Positions 42,910-54,291 of a stretch of DNA of 64,000 nt are shown here, in pieces. Numbering within the stretch: the stretch's first letter is position 1; every line of letters starts with the position of its first letter. Under the pieces are notes generated by a model. The model worked only from the letters and a program-made list of their open reading frames with translations, ran no database searches and was not told where the DNA came from. Source of the stretch: Octopus vulgaris (taxonomy: Eukaryota); contig OX597839.1 of NCBI GenBank assembly GCA_951406725.2, positions 14,756,001 to 14,820,000 on the forward strand, read 5' to 3'. A program made the translations under genes and the position numbers.

Positions 42910-43189
42910 CCAGGGTTCCTCTTCCCCAGGGAACCAGACCTAATGGTATACCTGCGGGTGTAGGTCCAGCCCCTGCTTTGTCGGGTCCTGTCTCTGATCA
43001 CGTTGCACCTCCAAGAGCATCCATTGACGGTGATGCCCTCAATCTTAACAGACGGGTATCACCTGATGGAGAAGAGTCAGCTCCCAACCAAACAACACCA
43101 AACAAACACCTCATCAGGACCGTGAAGTCTGGCGTAGCATGGTAAATTCCATTGTCTCGACCACGGTCGAACAATGATGATGATGATGA
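42910..43189 (+). mobile_element. Short non-autonomous RTE derivative (structured GC-rich 5' part, RTE ORF C-terminus, (GAT)n tail)
   Basis: 3' end encodes DREVWRSMVNSIVSTTVEQ* followed by (GAT)n; DRxxWR is typical of RTE ORF ends. Confidence 0.6.
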
Positions 43190-44009
43190 ATGAAAGTTCG
43201 CTTTGTAACTATGAGGTCCTAGGTTCGATCCCATTGCGTGACATCGTGAGCAAATATTTTATTTTGTGTTGGGTTGATGTATATACCTTGTAGTGAAATT
43301 GGATAAACGGAAATTGTATAGAAGCCTGTAGGGTGGATTATACCTCTCATCCAGAAGTTCAGCCTTGTTACATAATATACAAGAGAAGGCAATTCAGTTA
43401 ATCGAACAACTGACACCTCATTGTCAAATGGCGGACATTTATCACCACCTCCACAATCGCCAATGTATAGTCGTTCGCTTGTATGGGGTAAATTGCATAA
43501 GTCAAGATATAATAATAATTCACACTTGAATGGCTAAGTAGCCATAAATATATAATGTCGTCGGGGGAGAAATAAATACAACTCGTTAAAATAACAGTTC
43601 CGCATAGAAGCACAAGCCCAGCAATTTTGACTTCAGTACTTGACGGTATTTAAACACCGAGCAGAAAGAGTCAGAGAAAAATACCGTATGAATGATTCTG
43701 CTAATCTACCGCCTTTGTGCTAAATAATAATAAAGAGTTCTAACAAGGGTACAAGGCTGCATGTTTCGCCAGAATAATTAGCGAGTTTAAATCGACCCTG
43801 ACACGATCTGAACTCAAACTATGAAGAAATAAAATTAAACACTGCAATATATTTATTTTGTCTGGATCCATACTGATTCTGTCAATCTACCTCCCATTCA
43901 AGAGTGCAAATAGTAATTTATAAATATGGCACGACGCCATTAATGCTTTTGGAACCATCACACATAACGAAACTGCTAGTAATAGCTTTCGACAAGTTTG
44001 AATGTCAAA

Positions 44010-46200
44010 GAGGGGGGATTTAGCTAAGTCGATTTACCTCTTTTAAATCTTATAAAAAGAGGGATTACTTTATTAACCTCGGAGAAAATAATGTTAAAAT
44101 TGGATTTTTCAACACTTTAAAAGAGGCCCAAAACTGCAAGAGCTGGATCGGCTATCTCCGTTATTCTTAGTGAATGCAGACGATAATTCTTTTAGGCAAT
44201 TGTATTATTGATAATACCAAGCAACTATAATCTCTGTGGTTATTTGACAGGGTTTTATATTTCACAAATTAAAATATGAAATTCTTTGAAAAATAAACCA
44301 AGCATAATTTACGTAAAACTCTTCTTTCTTAGTGACGAAGCCATTTTCCAGCAGATGCGCGGAGAGGGTAAGGTGCTTTTTTCCCCACTATTTACACTTT
44401 CCAGTTAGACCACTTTCACCAGTCAATAACTAAAATACATTTATAAACTAACGAGAGAACCTCTTCGTCAAGCATGAAGAAACATTTTAGAATCAAGGAC
44501 AAATTGCAAGTGCATAATAGATTTATATACATATAATTTTAGAAGCCCGTGTCGAAGAGAAGTCATATACTTAATTTCGTCGATTTTGATTACTTTATTA
44601 CTGCTTATTTTATTCCCAATTCGAAATCCCACGGAAAGTTTAAGAACTTTATTAATCACGAAATCAAGAATATCAAAATTGACTTTTTAAAAATTTCAAT
44701 AGTGAACGTTAAAAAAAAACAAGAAAAACAAGGAAAGAAAAACGACCTAATACTGTTCTCCGACATTTTGGCTGAAAGCAGACGATATTTTTGTTGGTCA
44801 GTTATATTGTCAATATTTTGAAACGATTACCTTGACAGCTGGTAATTATTATATTATCAATAACACTTTTGAATCTTGATACTTTTATTTCACAAATAAA
44901 AATCTAAAAGTCATCGTAGAATAACTCAGATATAATGAAGATTAATTCTTCAATTTCTATGACGAAGCCATCACTCAAGTGATCGGAAACAAGGTAAGAT
45001 TTTTTTCGTTGTTTTCTTTTTCTACTAAATTTTAAATGGAACATAAGTTAACAAGGCAATTTCTTTGTCAGGTATGAGGAACTTTTTTTTGTAAAAAGGA
45101 CAAACTGGAATTATTTTTTCTTATCAAGGCCATGTGCCCAAAGGAAGAGATACACTTGAGCTGCCTTCAGTAAATTCTTGCTGTTTACTTCATTAACCCT
45201 TTTAATGTTCATATGTTAAATTGTTTTTAACCATAAAGTTGTTAAAGTTGATTTTTGCAAAATTGAGCACAGAACGAAAAAGACTAAATTCTGTAATGTA
45301 TTCTGGCTCGTCTCTCTTCATCATTTTGATGATAATGTAGACGATAATTTTATGCAATTATATTGTGAACAATACTCGGAAACTGTAATCTTTGAGGCAG
45401 GTCAATAGTTTCCTTCTTTGTTTTATAAAACACTAAATTCCTTGTAGAATAACCCATGATTAAAACTTTCCAATTTCTGACGAAGCCCTCATCAAAAAAA
45501 GTCGTCGGAAACAAAAGGGTAAGATGTTTTTCATTGCTTTTCATTATTTTCTTTTTCCAATACCTTTCTCTAGTCGATAATTTAAACATGTTAACTAGGC
45601 GATCTGTACATCATGCGTGAAGAACCTTATACACTTCCAGTTTGCTAATTTCTTTTGACACAGCCATATCTCCAAGGAGAGAGATGATATACATGAGTCG
45701 ATTTTGGTAAATTCTTGCTGCTTATTTTATTACCACTTTTAAATTTTTACAAAGAAGTCGAATTAGTTGTATTAAGCATGAAGGACATTGTTAAAATCGA
45801 TTTTTGCTAGATTTGAAAACTGAGCGTTAGAAATAGAATAACTGTAATGCTTTCAAGTTCGGCATTTTGCCGCTGTCATTTTAATTGATGCAGACTGTAC
45901 TCTTCTTCGGCAATTATCAATAATATTCGAAAATTATAATCTTGGAAGCTGTTCGACAGACTCCTTCTGGGACATTGCAATCTTGGAAACTGTTTGACCG
46001 TTTATTTCATTTTATAAATGTTGATCCCAAAAGTCCTCGTAGAGTAACCAAAGATAAAATTCATCAGTTTCTGTGACAAATTCATCTTCCAAAGAAAGAA
46101 AGAAAAAAAGAACGGGCGACAACAAGAAGGTAAGAGAGTTACCATTTTCTTTTCTCAATGAATCACTTTCTCTAAACGATGGAACCTCCTTCGTCAGGAG
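44010..46200 (+). repeat. Ancient diverged tandem array, four units of ~525-625 bp
   Basis: Recurrent landmarks: GCAGACGATA-like at 44176, 44778, 45337, 45890; TGACGAAGCC at 44333, 44960, 45478; GGTAAG at 44367, 44993, 45518, 46129. Confidence 0.75.
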
Positions 46201-46434
46201 TGGTAGACTCTGAATTTTTTTTTTTTTTTTTTTTGTGTCAGGAGAAAATTTCAAGTGTATACCATACCGACAAAATGCATATTCTACATATTCATAAGTA
46301 TAAAATATATTAAATTACTTCTTTTTCTTCATCTGAAGGAACGTTTTTCATAAGGTTTTCAAGATCTAGTGAATGGCTTCAAATGTGAATATGGGTGAGA
46401 TCTAGCCCACATGATGAGGATTCCCCATCTTGGT

Positions 46435-46441
46435 ACTGTCG

Positions 46442-46478
<37 letters not shown>

Positions 46479-46680
46479 ATATGTTTGTGTGTCTGTGTTT
46501 GTCCCCCTAGCATTGCTTGACATTGTTTACGTACCCATCACTTAGCGGTTCGGCAAAAGAGACCGATAGAATAAGTACTGGGCTTACAAAGAATAAGTCC
46601 TGGGGTCGATTTGCTCGACTAAAGGCGGTGCTCCGGCATGGCCTCAGTCAAATGACTGAAACAAGTAAAAGAGAAAGAGT
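46435..46680 (+). mobile_element. 5'-truncated SINE (family of 46995-47409)
   Basis: (TA)n(TG)n body and tail AAGGCGGTGCTCCGGCATGGCC..CAGTCAAATGACTGAAACAAGTAAAAGAG. Confidence 0.85.
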
Positions 46681-46994
46681 ATATGAAAACTGAGAATTCT
46701 ATCTAAAACTTGAATCAAATAGTTTGGTTATATGACCAATTATTGAATATGAAGGGTGCGAGTTGCAAAATTGGTAAAATGAGTAATTTCTTATTTCTCA
46801 TCATTTTCTCCGTACCTGTTTGAAACCGTTACATTCTAAGTCTAAGAAGTGATAATATTGTCACATATTCTCCCTCAACAAAGATCAAAATGGTGTTTAC
46901 ACATCAAGTTGTTAAATGTTTACTTTTGGAGAATACATTTGATTTTTGGATTGAATAGCATGATTGGTGATAACCTCATCATTCTATGATATAT

Positions 46995-47151
46995 GGCGCA
47001 GGAGTGGCTGTGTGGTAAGTAGCTTGCTAACCAACCACATGGTTCCGGGTTCAGTCCCACTGTGTGGCATCTTGGGCAAGTGTCTTCTACTATAGCCCCG
47101 GGCCGACCAATGCCTTGTGAGTGGTAGATGGAAACTGAAAGAAGCCTGTCG

Positions 47152-47188
<37 letters not shown>

Positions 47189-47409
47189 TTGTGTGTCTGT
47201 GTTTGTTCCCCTAGCATTGGTTGACAACCGATGCTGGTGTGTTTACGGTCCCCGTCACTTAGCGGTTTGGCAAAAAAGAGACCGATAGAATAAGTACTGG
47301 GCTTACAAAAAGAATAAGTCCCGGGGTCGAGTTGCTCGACTAAAGGCGGTGCTCCAGCATGGCCGCAGTCAAATGACTGAAACAAGTAAAAAGAGTAAAA
47401 AAAGAGTAT
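46995..47409 (+). mobile_element. Full-length tRNA-derived SINE with internal microsatellite and CR1-LINE-like tail
   Basis: A-box TGGCTGTGTGG, B-box GGTTCAGTCCC, CTTGGGCAAGTG core; tail matches the LINE 3'UTR at 2103-2150. Confidence 0.88.
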
Positions 47410-47896
47410 ATGAGTCAAGTAAAAATTGTTTATTTAATCGCAAATGAATCTTCTCATTACACTTTGCAATACAAATAAACTTACAGATCATGTTCAATAC
47501 TCTAAACATAGTTCTAGCAATCTGAATGACATTTGGTGTCATTTAAATCGTGATGGTGGTGGAAACTGAAAAATACTTAGATAAGGAAAAATTCGACATT
47601 TCTATGCCTAGTTTATTTATAATAGTGCGTACCACCCCACTCGATTCCCCGGGTTCGAGTTTTTTTTTTAATTCATTAAGAACATCATAGTTTTCTAGTC
47701 TCCCTTATTTTAACAATGTGAAGCTTTGTCTAGAAACATTTTGGTTTGACGATATATATGTGTGTGTGAGAGAGAAAGTAAAGATTTATATAAACAGACT
47801 TCTTTAGAAATAAGGAACTCCTTCGGTTTGTTAGCACAAACTGAAAGAGCATGTCAAGTAATTTATTTATTGAATTCTTCAGATTCCTATACTTAC

Positions 47897-47952
47897 AACC
47901 ACAGAGGCATATACCGCGTTCAAAAAAGCGGAAATTACGATACCGATAATAT
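47897..47952 (-). CDS. Candidate signal-peptide exon of the perlecan-like gene (xIIGIVISAFLNAVYASVV)
   Basis: Hydrophobic stretch ending AVYA-S; GTAAGT donor in phase 0, matching the 40500 exon. However, the acceptor is weak and there is no in-frame ATG. Confidence 0.3.
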
Positions 47953-49067
47953 CTTACAAATCTCTATGCTGTTTACTCACAATAATTTCTCACTTTTATT
48001 TTTTTATGTTTGATAAGTCATATTGTTAAAAAAAGTATGAACTTCGTTCCAATTATTTCAAAAGAATTATCAACATAACAGTAATCTAGACCTTCAAAAA
48101 CTATCTACTAAATTTCCATAGATATAAAATAAGAATGCTCTATAGATAGATTATATGATTGGTCTCTGCATTTCAAATAATGTACTGTATTGATGGTTAA
48201 TAGTAAATTTGTAAAATGTTCTGTTTAATTGTGCAACAGTTAAAAAATTCTCTCATGACAGATAATGTTTGACAAAATGATAGTAGTACATTAAAAACAA
48301 TACTGCAATGGGCTGACTTAACTGCTTAGTGCCAATTGGGCTTTTATATGGAAACCAAATGTCCAAATCTCATTGAAAAAACTGACTTTAGCAGCATCTG
48401 AACTGAAAGATAAACTCCCCAACAATCTAATGACTGTCATTTAGCTGCTTTATATCCTAAGAATACAGAACCAGAAAAGAATGAGGAACTGGCTGAGAAA
48501 GTGGATAATGATAATTTTCAGAAAATATTAAATTTGATTGAAAGTACTATGTTAGTGTCACTTGGAATATGTCTAGCCAAATACTGAAGGTTGTTAATAT
48601 CATCCTTACTGCTTATATTTGCAAGCACTAATGACTAGAAATTCTAATCTTTAAATGATTGAAATAACTGTTTTAGTCTCAACACACTCTGACCTAGACA
48701 CTTACCAGACAAATGCAACACCATAATATACCTACAGGCTCCTGTCTCAACAAAACCACTTCATTACTTTTCACTTCTGATCACTTCAGCCATGTAACCA
48801 TACACATGCTGTTCATGGACCTTTTCTTTCTCTGGACTTTTCCTTTCTCCTCTTTCAGATAAGCTATCCTCGAAATGTTAAAATCCCACTTGTTTCCACC
48901 TTAATTGAGTGTCAAGCTAATACATTCCATATGTACGTCCTCTTTAGTTATTTTTAATGTTCAACTTCTATTGTTCAATCTGACATAATATATATATATA
49001 TATATTCAACAGTGATCTGTTCAACATGTGTAAATGCTTTCCCAAATATACTTCCACTTCACTTTAA

Positions 49068-49150
49068 AAGCTCTGAGGAAGGCATAAGGTGACGCACAAG
49101 CACTCAACTCTGAGTGCACTGTATCTTATAGCAGAAATAGATGTAAGATA
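49068..49150 (+). ncRNA. Decayed hammerhead-like motif with extended stem II
   Basis: CUGAGGA 49073-49079; stem II ATAAGG/TCTTAT and GCACTCA/TGAGTGC; GAAA 49134-49137; TAGATG then GUA, read as a mutated CAGCTG palindrome. Confidence 0.5.
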
Positions 49151-49299
49151 ATAAAGTTGAATACATAATTACTGTTCCTTTATTATTTATTTAGTATTGT
49201 ATTATGCTCTGTACTCGACTAATGATTTAATTTGAAACATGTATATTGAGTTCTAACAGCAGGTTATCATTATGGCTATGCCTAAGTAAAATCTTTATA

Positions 49300-49381
<82 letters not shown>

Positions 49382-49397
49382 CACATACATACACACA

Positions 49398-50253
49398 CAG
49401 AGGGTGCAGTGAATAAGCTGTCATCTAAATTACGTAAAAATAAAAATAACACTGACATCTCATTTTAAGAGGTATTTACGAAAATTACATAAAAATATCT
49501 TGAAATACTAAAGAGTAAATTTATTCAATAAAATTGCCATTGGTTTCAGCTATGGCCTCTAGACAACTTCAGAATCTCCTGCAAATCTTTTGGTCGGTCT
49601 CCTTAAGTTGGTGAATGCTGCCATAATCCTTGCCTTTAGTTCATCTTTGGAGTTACAAGCAGTTTTGTTGGTCTCTTGCTCAACTGTGCCCCACACATAA
49701 TAATCAAAGAGGTTGCAGTCTGGCGAGTTAGGTGGCCAGATGTTAAGGGTGATGTGGTCACAAAAATTGCCTGATAGCCATGACTGGGTTCTCCTGCTTG
49801 TGTGGCATGGTGCAGAGTCCTGTTGGCAGACATAGGATCCTCCAACAGCCACTCTCTTGACCCAGGGCAGCACTACCTCCTCCAGGCACTTGATGTCAGC
49901 CTCCGTGTTGTGTCTGAGATCATGTGGGAAGATGACTGGATCACCAGTGATCACTCCAAACATCTTGATGTTGACTGGCTGTTTGATTTTTATTACTTTT
50001 GGTACATGTCCTCAAATTGCACTGTCTTCAGATTGACACCCAAACACTGAAATATTTGTATTCAAGCTTTTGGCACAAATGCCAAGCAGTACAGCATGTC
50101 ATTTTCAAATTTCTGGCAGAGTGGTGCTGTTTTTTTCAAACAGTGCCCAACTGACCCTACTATACTGTGTAGTCGACAAAGTCAAAAACAAACCATGCAC
50201 ATGTGTAAAATTAAAAATATAAAATGGAGATAATTTACCCATTGGAACCTCTG
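49398..50253 (-). mobile_element. Tc1/mariner superfamily DD37D (maT) transposon, internally deleted
   Basis: ORF 49559-49963 has QQDSAPCH...WPPNSPDCNLFDY with 37 residues between the last two catalytic Asp; degenerate TIRs CAGAGGGTGCAGTG / CATTGGAACCTCTG. Confidence 0.85.
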
Positions 50254-50305
50254 TGTGTGTATGTGTGTGTATTCATCACATGAATATACTGTATTTTATG
50301 CATAA

Positions 50306-53277
50306 TTCATCATCATCATCATTTAGCATCCGTTTTCCATGCTAGCATGGGTTGAATGGTTTAACTGGGGTCTGTGAAGCCGGAAGGCTTCATCAGGCCC
50401 AGTCAGATTTGGCAGTGTTTCTACGGCTGGATGCCCTTCCTAACGCCAACCACTCCGCGAGTGTAGTGGGTGCTTTTTACGTGCCACCTGCACAGGTGCC
50501 AGACAGAGCTGGCAAACGGCCACGAACGGATGGTGCTTTTACGTGCTACCGGCACGGGGGCCAGTTGAGGCTGGCAACGGACACGAACGGATGGTGCTTT
50601 TACGTGCTACCGGCACGGGGGCCAGGCGAGGCTGGCAACGGACACGAATGGATGGTGCTTTTACGTGCTACCGGCACGGGGGCCAGGCGAAGCTGGCAAC
50701 GGACACGAGCGGATGGTGCTTTTGTGCCAACGGCACGGGGGCCAGGTGAGGCTGGCAACGGACACGAGCGGATGGCGCTTTTACGTGCCAACGGCACGGG
50801 GGCCAGGCGAGGCTGGCAACGGACAAACAGCTGCAATTTCCACTGATGTTGATTTGGTTTGATTTTGACTGTTCTCACTGGTCTTGCCAGGTCTTCTCAC
50901 GCACAGCAAACTTCCATAGGTCTTGGTCTCTAGTCATTTCCTTGGTGAGACCTAAAGTTCGAAGGTCGTGCTTCACTACCTCGTCCCAGGTTTTCCTGGG
51001 TCTACCTCTTCCACAGGTTCCCTCAACTGCTAGAGTGTGGCACTTTTGCACACAACTATCTTCACCCATTCTCGTCACATGCCCATACCAGCGCAGACGT
51101 CTCTCTTGCACACCACAACTGATGCTTCTTAGGTTCAACTTTTCTCTCAAGGTACTTACACTCTGTCGATTATGAACACTGACATTACACATCCAACGGA
51201 GCATACTGGCTTCATTTCTTGTGTGCTTACGCATATCCTCAGCAGTCACAGCCCATGTTTCACTACCATGTAGCATGGCTGTACGTACACATGCATCATA
51301 CAGTCTGCCTTTTACTCTGAGCGAGAGGCCTTTTGTCACCAGCAGGGGTAAGAGCTCTCTAAACTTTGTCCAGGCTATTCTTACTCTAGCAGTTACACTT
51401 TCAGCACACCCACCCCCACTACTGACTTGGTCACCTAGGTAGCGGAAGCTATCAACTACTTCTAGTTTTTCTCCCTGGAACATGGTAGACGTGGGTCTCT
51501 GCACATTTTCAGTGTTTATTGCTCCTGAGCATCTGCCACAGACAAAAACTATTTTCCTAGTTAGCCTTCCTTTGACATTGCTACACCTCTTATGTGTCCA
51601 TAGCTTGCACTTGGTGCACCTTATAGAGTTTCTACCTACACCTTTTCTACAGATCGAGCAGGGCCATCTACCTGAAGGCGTTTGTGAATTGTCTACTTTC
51701 CTACTTATTAGGACTTTGGTTTTGGCTAGATTGATTCTGAGGCCCTTCGATTCTAGACCTTGCTTCCACACCTGAAACTTCTCCTCCAGTTCTGATAGTG
51801 ACTCAGCAATTAGAGCAAGGTCATCAGCATAGAGGAGCTCCCAGAGGCATCCTGTCTTGAATTCCTCCGTTATTGCCTGGAAGACTATGATAAATAGGAG
51901 GGGACTGAGGACTGAACCTTGGTGGACCCCAACCTCTACCCGGAATTCTTCACTGTACTCGTTGCCAACCCTCACCTTACTAGCAGCGTCTCTGTACATG
52001 GCTCGCACAGCTCTAACTAACCATTCATCTATCCCTAGTTTCCTCATTGACCACCAGATAAGGGATCGGGGAACCCTGTCAAAGGCTTTCTCCATGTCAA
52101 CAAAAGCCAGGTACAGGGGCTTATCTTTGGCTAGGTATTTCTCCTGCAGCTGTCTTACCAGGAATATAGCATCAGTAGTACTTCTCCCTGACACGAACCC
52201 AAACTGCATCTCATCTAAGCTAATTCTCTCTCTAATTAGTTGGGCTATAACCCTCTCCGTAACCTTCATTACCTGATCCAGCAGCTTGATACCCCTGTAG
52301 TTATTTGTATCTAGGGCGTCACCTTTACCTGCAGCTGACTATTATGCTGCTACACCAGTCATTGGGTATGACTCCTTCGTGTATCACCTGGTTAACTATA
52401 CGGGTGACTAGGCTATAGCCGACACTACCAGATATTTTGAGCATCTCTGCAGTAATACCTGATGGGCCTGGGGCTTTCCCTGTTTTCATGCCTGTAATTG
52501 CCTTAACTACTAAAGAACTGTTAACTCGGATTGCTGGTCCCTCTGTTGGGTCAACATTCGGCAGACTCTCTTTATCCCATTCATTTTCCTCATTCAGCAA
52601 CCTTTCATAGTGGCATCTCCAAACCTCTCTCTTTGCATCCTCATTTAGCGCAAGTGAACCGTCATCCTCGCGAACACATTTCTCTCCTACTACGTCACGA
52701 TTCTCTCTCACACACTGTCTTGCAACACGAAATACCTCAAGTCTTTCATCCTCCTGGCGCAGGACATTGGCAAATTTTTTCTTATCTGCTTCCCCTCTGG
52801 CTAAATACACCTGCCTCCTAGCTTCCCTTCTAGCAGTCTGATACACTTCCCTGCTACCACCATTCTTCCAGTCCTTCCAAGCCTGTTTCTTTTGTCTAAT
52901 AGCCCTGTCAACAATATTGTTCCACCACCACGTTATTTTGGGTCGTGAGGGGACTTTGCACCAGCCACAGATCTGGTCAGTGGCTTTCGGCAGGTTGTCC
53001 CTTAGAAGCGTCCAGTTGTCTTCTACCCCATGTGTAGCTATACCCCCTTCTATTTCGTCAAAGGCTTCAAGTAACATCTCTCTAAATCTCTGTCCATTTG
53101 CAGGGTCTTTAAGCTTCCAGACCCTTCTTCTCCATGTTGGTCGTCTTCTAGTCGTCCTCTTAGTCCTGATCCTAAAGTCACTAACTACCAGTCTATGTTG
53201 TGGGGTACATTCTTCGCCTGGGAAGGTTTTGGCATTTATAAGCAGCCATCTTTCCCTTTTTCTGGCAAGGATGTAGT
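50306..53277 (-). mobile_element. 5'-truncated RTE-clade LINE with one frameshift, 60-bp tandem array in the 3'UTR and (GAT)n tail
   Basis: Endonuclease C-terminus (DYILARKRERW...QHRLVVSD) near 53170-53277; ORF pieces 52325-53077 and 50875-52269; 3'UTR 50306-50874. Confidence 0.93.
50875..53077 (-). pseudogene. RTE reverse transcriptase, frameshifted near 52330
   Basis: KAPGPSG, QFGFVSGRST, FVDMEKAFDRV, GVHQGSVLSPLLF, LLYADD, FRYLG; the expected KGKGDALDTNNYRGIKLL junction is broken by a small indel. Confidence 0.88.
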
Positions 53278-53434
53278 AAGGAAATATTTGTTGTGGGATA
53301 TCTTATTTTTGATTACTCTATATCTTAATGTGAAGTGAAATATCTAAGTTTAAATCACTTGTGGCTCATATTTCATCAGCTATAAGTAATTTAATCTTAG
53401 CTTATCTCTCATATATATATTTATATATCTATAT

Positions 53435-53716
53435 ATCGTGAAGTATATTTGCCACTTAAATGTGGTGAACCCTTATGGGTTGATGCTACTGTAGCTTGTA
53501 GATCCAGGAAGACATCTCCTCCAGCTGGCTATTGACAAACTATCAGTGCCCTGTCAGGCTGGAGATGGGAAGGATAACCTCCCTTTGCAAATACTGATAG
53601 GGCACAGATAGTGTGTCAATAGCCAGCTGGAGGAGATGTCTTCCTGGGGCTACAAGCTACAGTAGCATCAACCCTTAAGGGTTCACCACATTTAAGTGGC
53701 AAATATACTTCATGAT
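53435..53716. repeat. Foldback inverted repeat (arms ~123 bp at 53435-53557 and 53594-53716, ~36-bp loop)
   Basis: GAAGTATATTTGCCACTTAAATGTGGTGAACCC is mirrored by GGGTTCACCACATTTAAGTGGCAAATATACTTC, with few mismatches. Confidence 0.92.
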
Positions 53717-53774
53717 GTCATGCAGCTACTGTTTATATCTTACTCAGAGATTTATGATATATATATATATATTA

Positions 53775-54291
53775 CTAGCAGTATCGCCCGGCGTTGCTCG
53801 GGTTTGTAAGGGAAATAACTATATAAGCATTTTTAGAGAGTTACTTCCTTTATAGATGCCAATTCGGGCTTTCTTAGCCATTTCTGTTTTGGTGTCTTCA
53901 AGCCATGAAGTCGTTGTTCTAAAAGAACGCTGGTCTCCTTGACAACGCATTACGACGTTGATTTCCTTAAACTCCCTTCCCCACAGCTTCACGAGGGAGG
54001 GAAGAAGGGGGAGAAGCAAACACAGGTGCAGGTGTTTGAGCGTGGACGCCAACTCCGCCGCCATTGACACACGAAAAATTATGCATTAAAATGGAATAAA
54101 AAATGATGTTAAATTATTTTTAAAATCGTAGACTCATCGTAGACGCGCGCTAATAGCCAGACGGGCTCGATATTAATCATGACTATAAGATACCGGAATT
54201 TGGTTAAACTGCACCGCAAAATGTGGGAGTAGTTAGGAATCTAAATCGTAGGAGACAGACACTCACACAACTACAGTTTTATATATATAGA
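53775..54291 (-). mobile_element. Non-autonomous Helitron, 517 bp
   Basis: Minus strand begins TC at 54291, ends CTAG at 53775-53778, has a GC-rich hairpin CCCGGCGTTGCTCGGG about 10 nt from the end, sits between A and T, and has no TSD. Confidence 0.85.
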
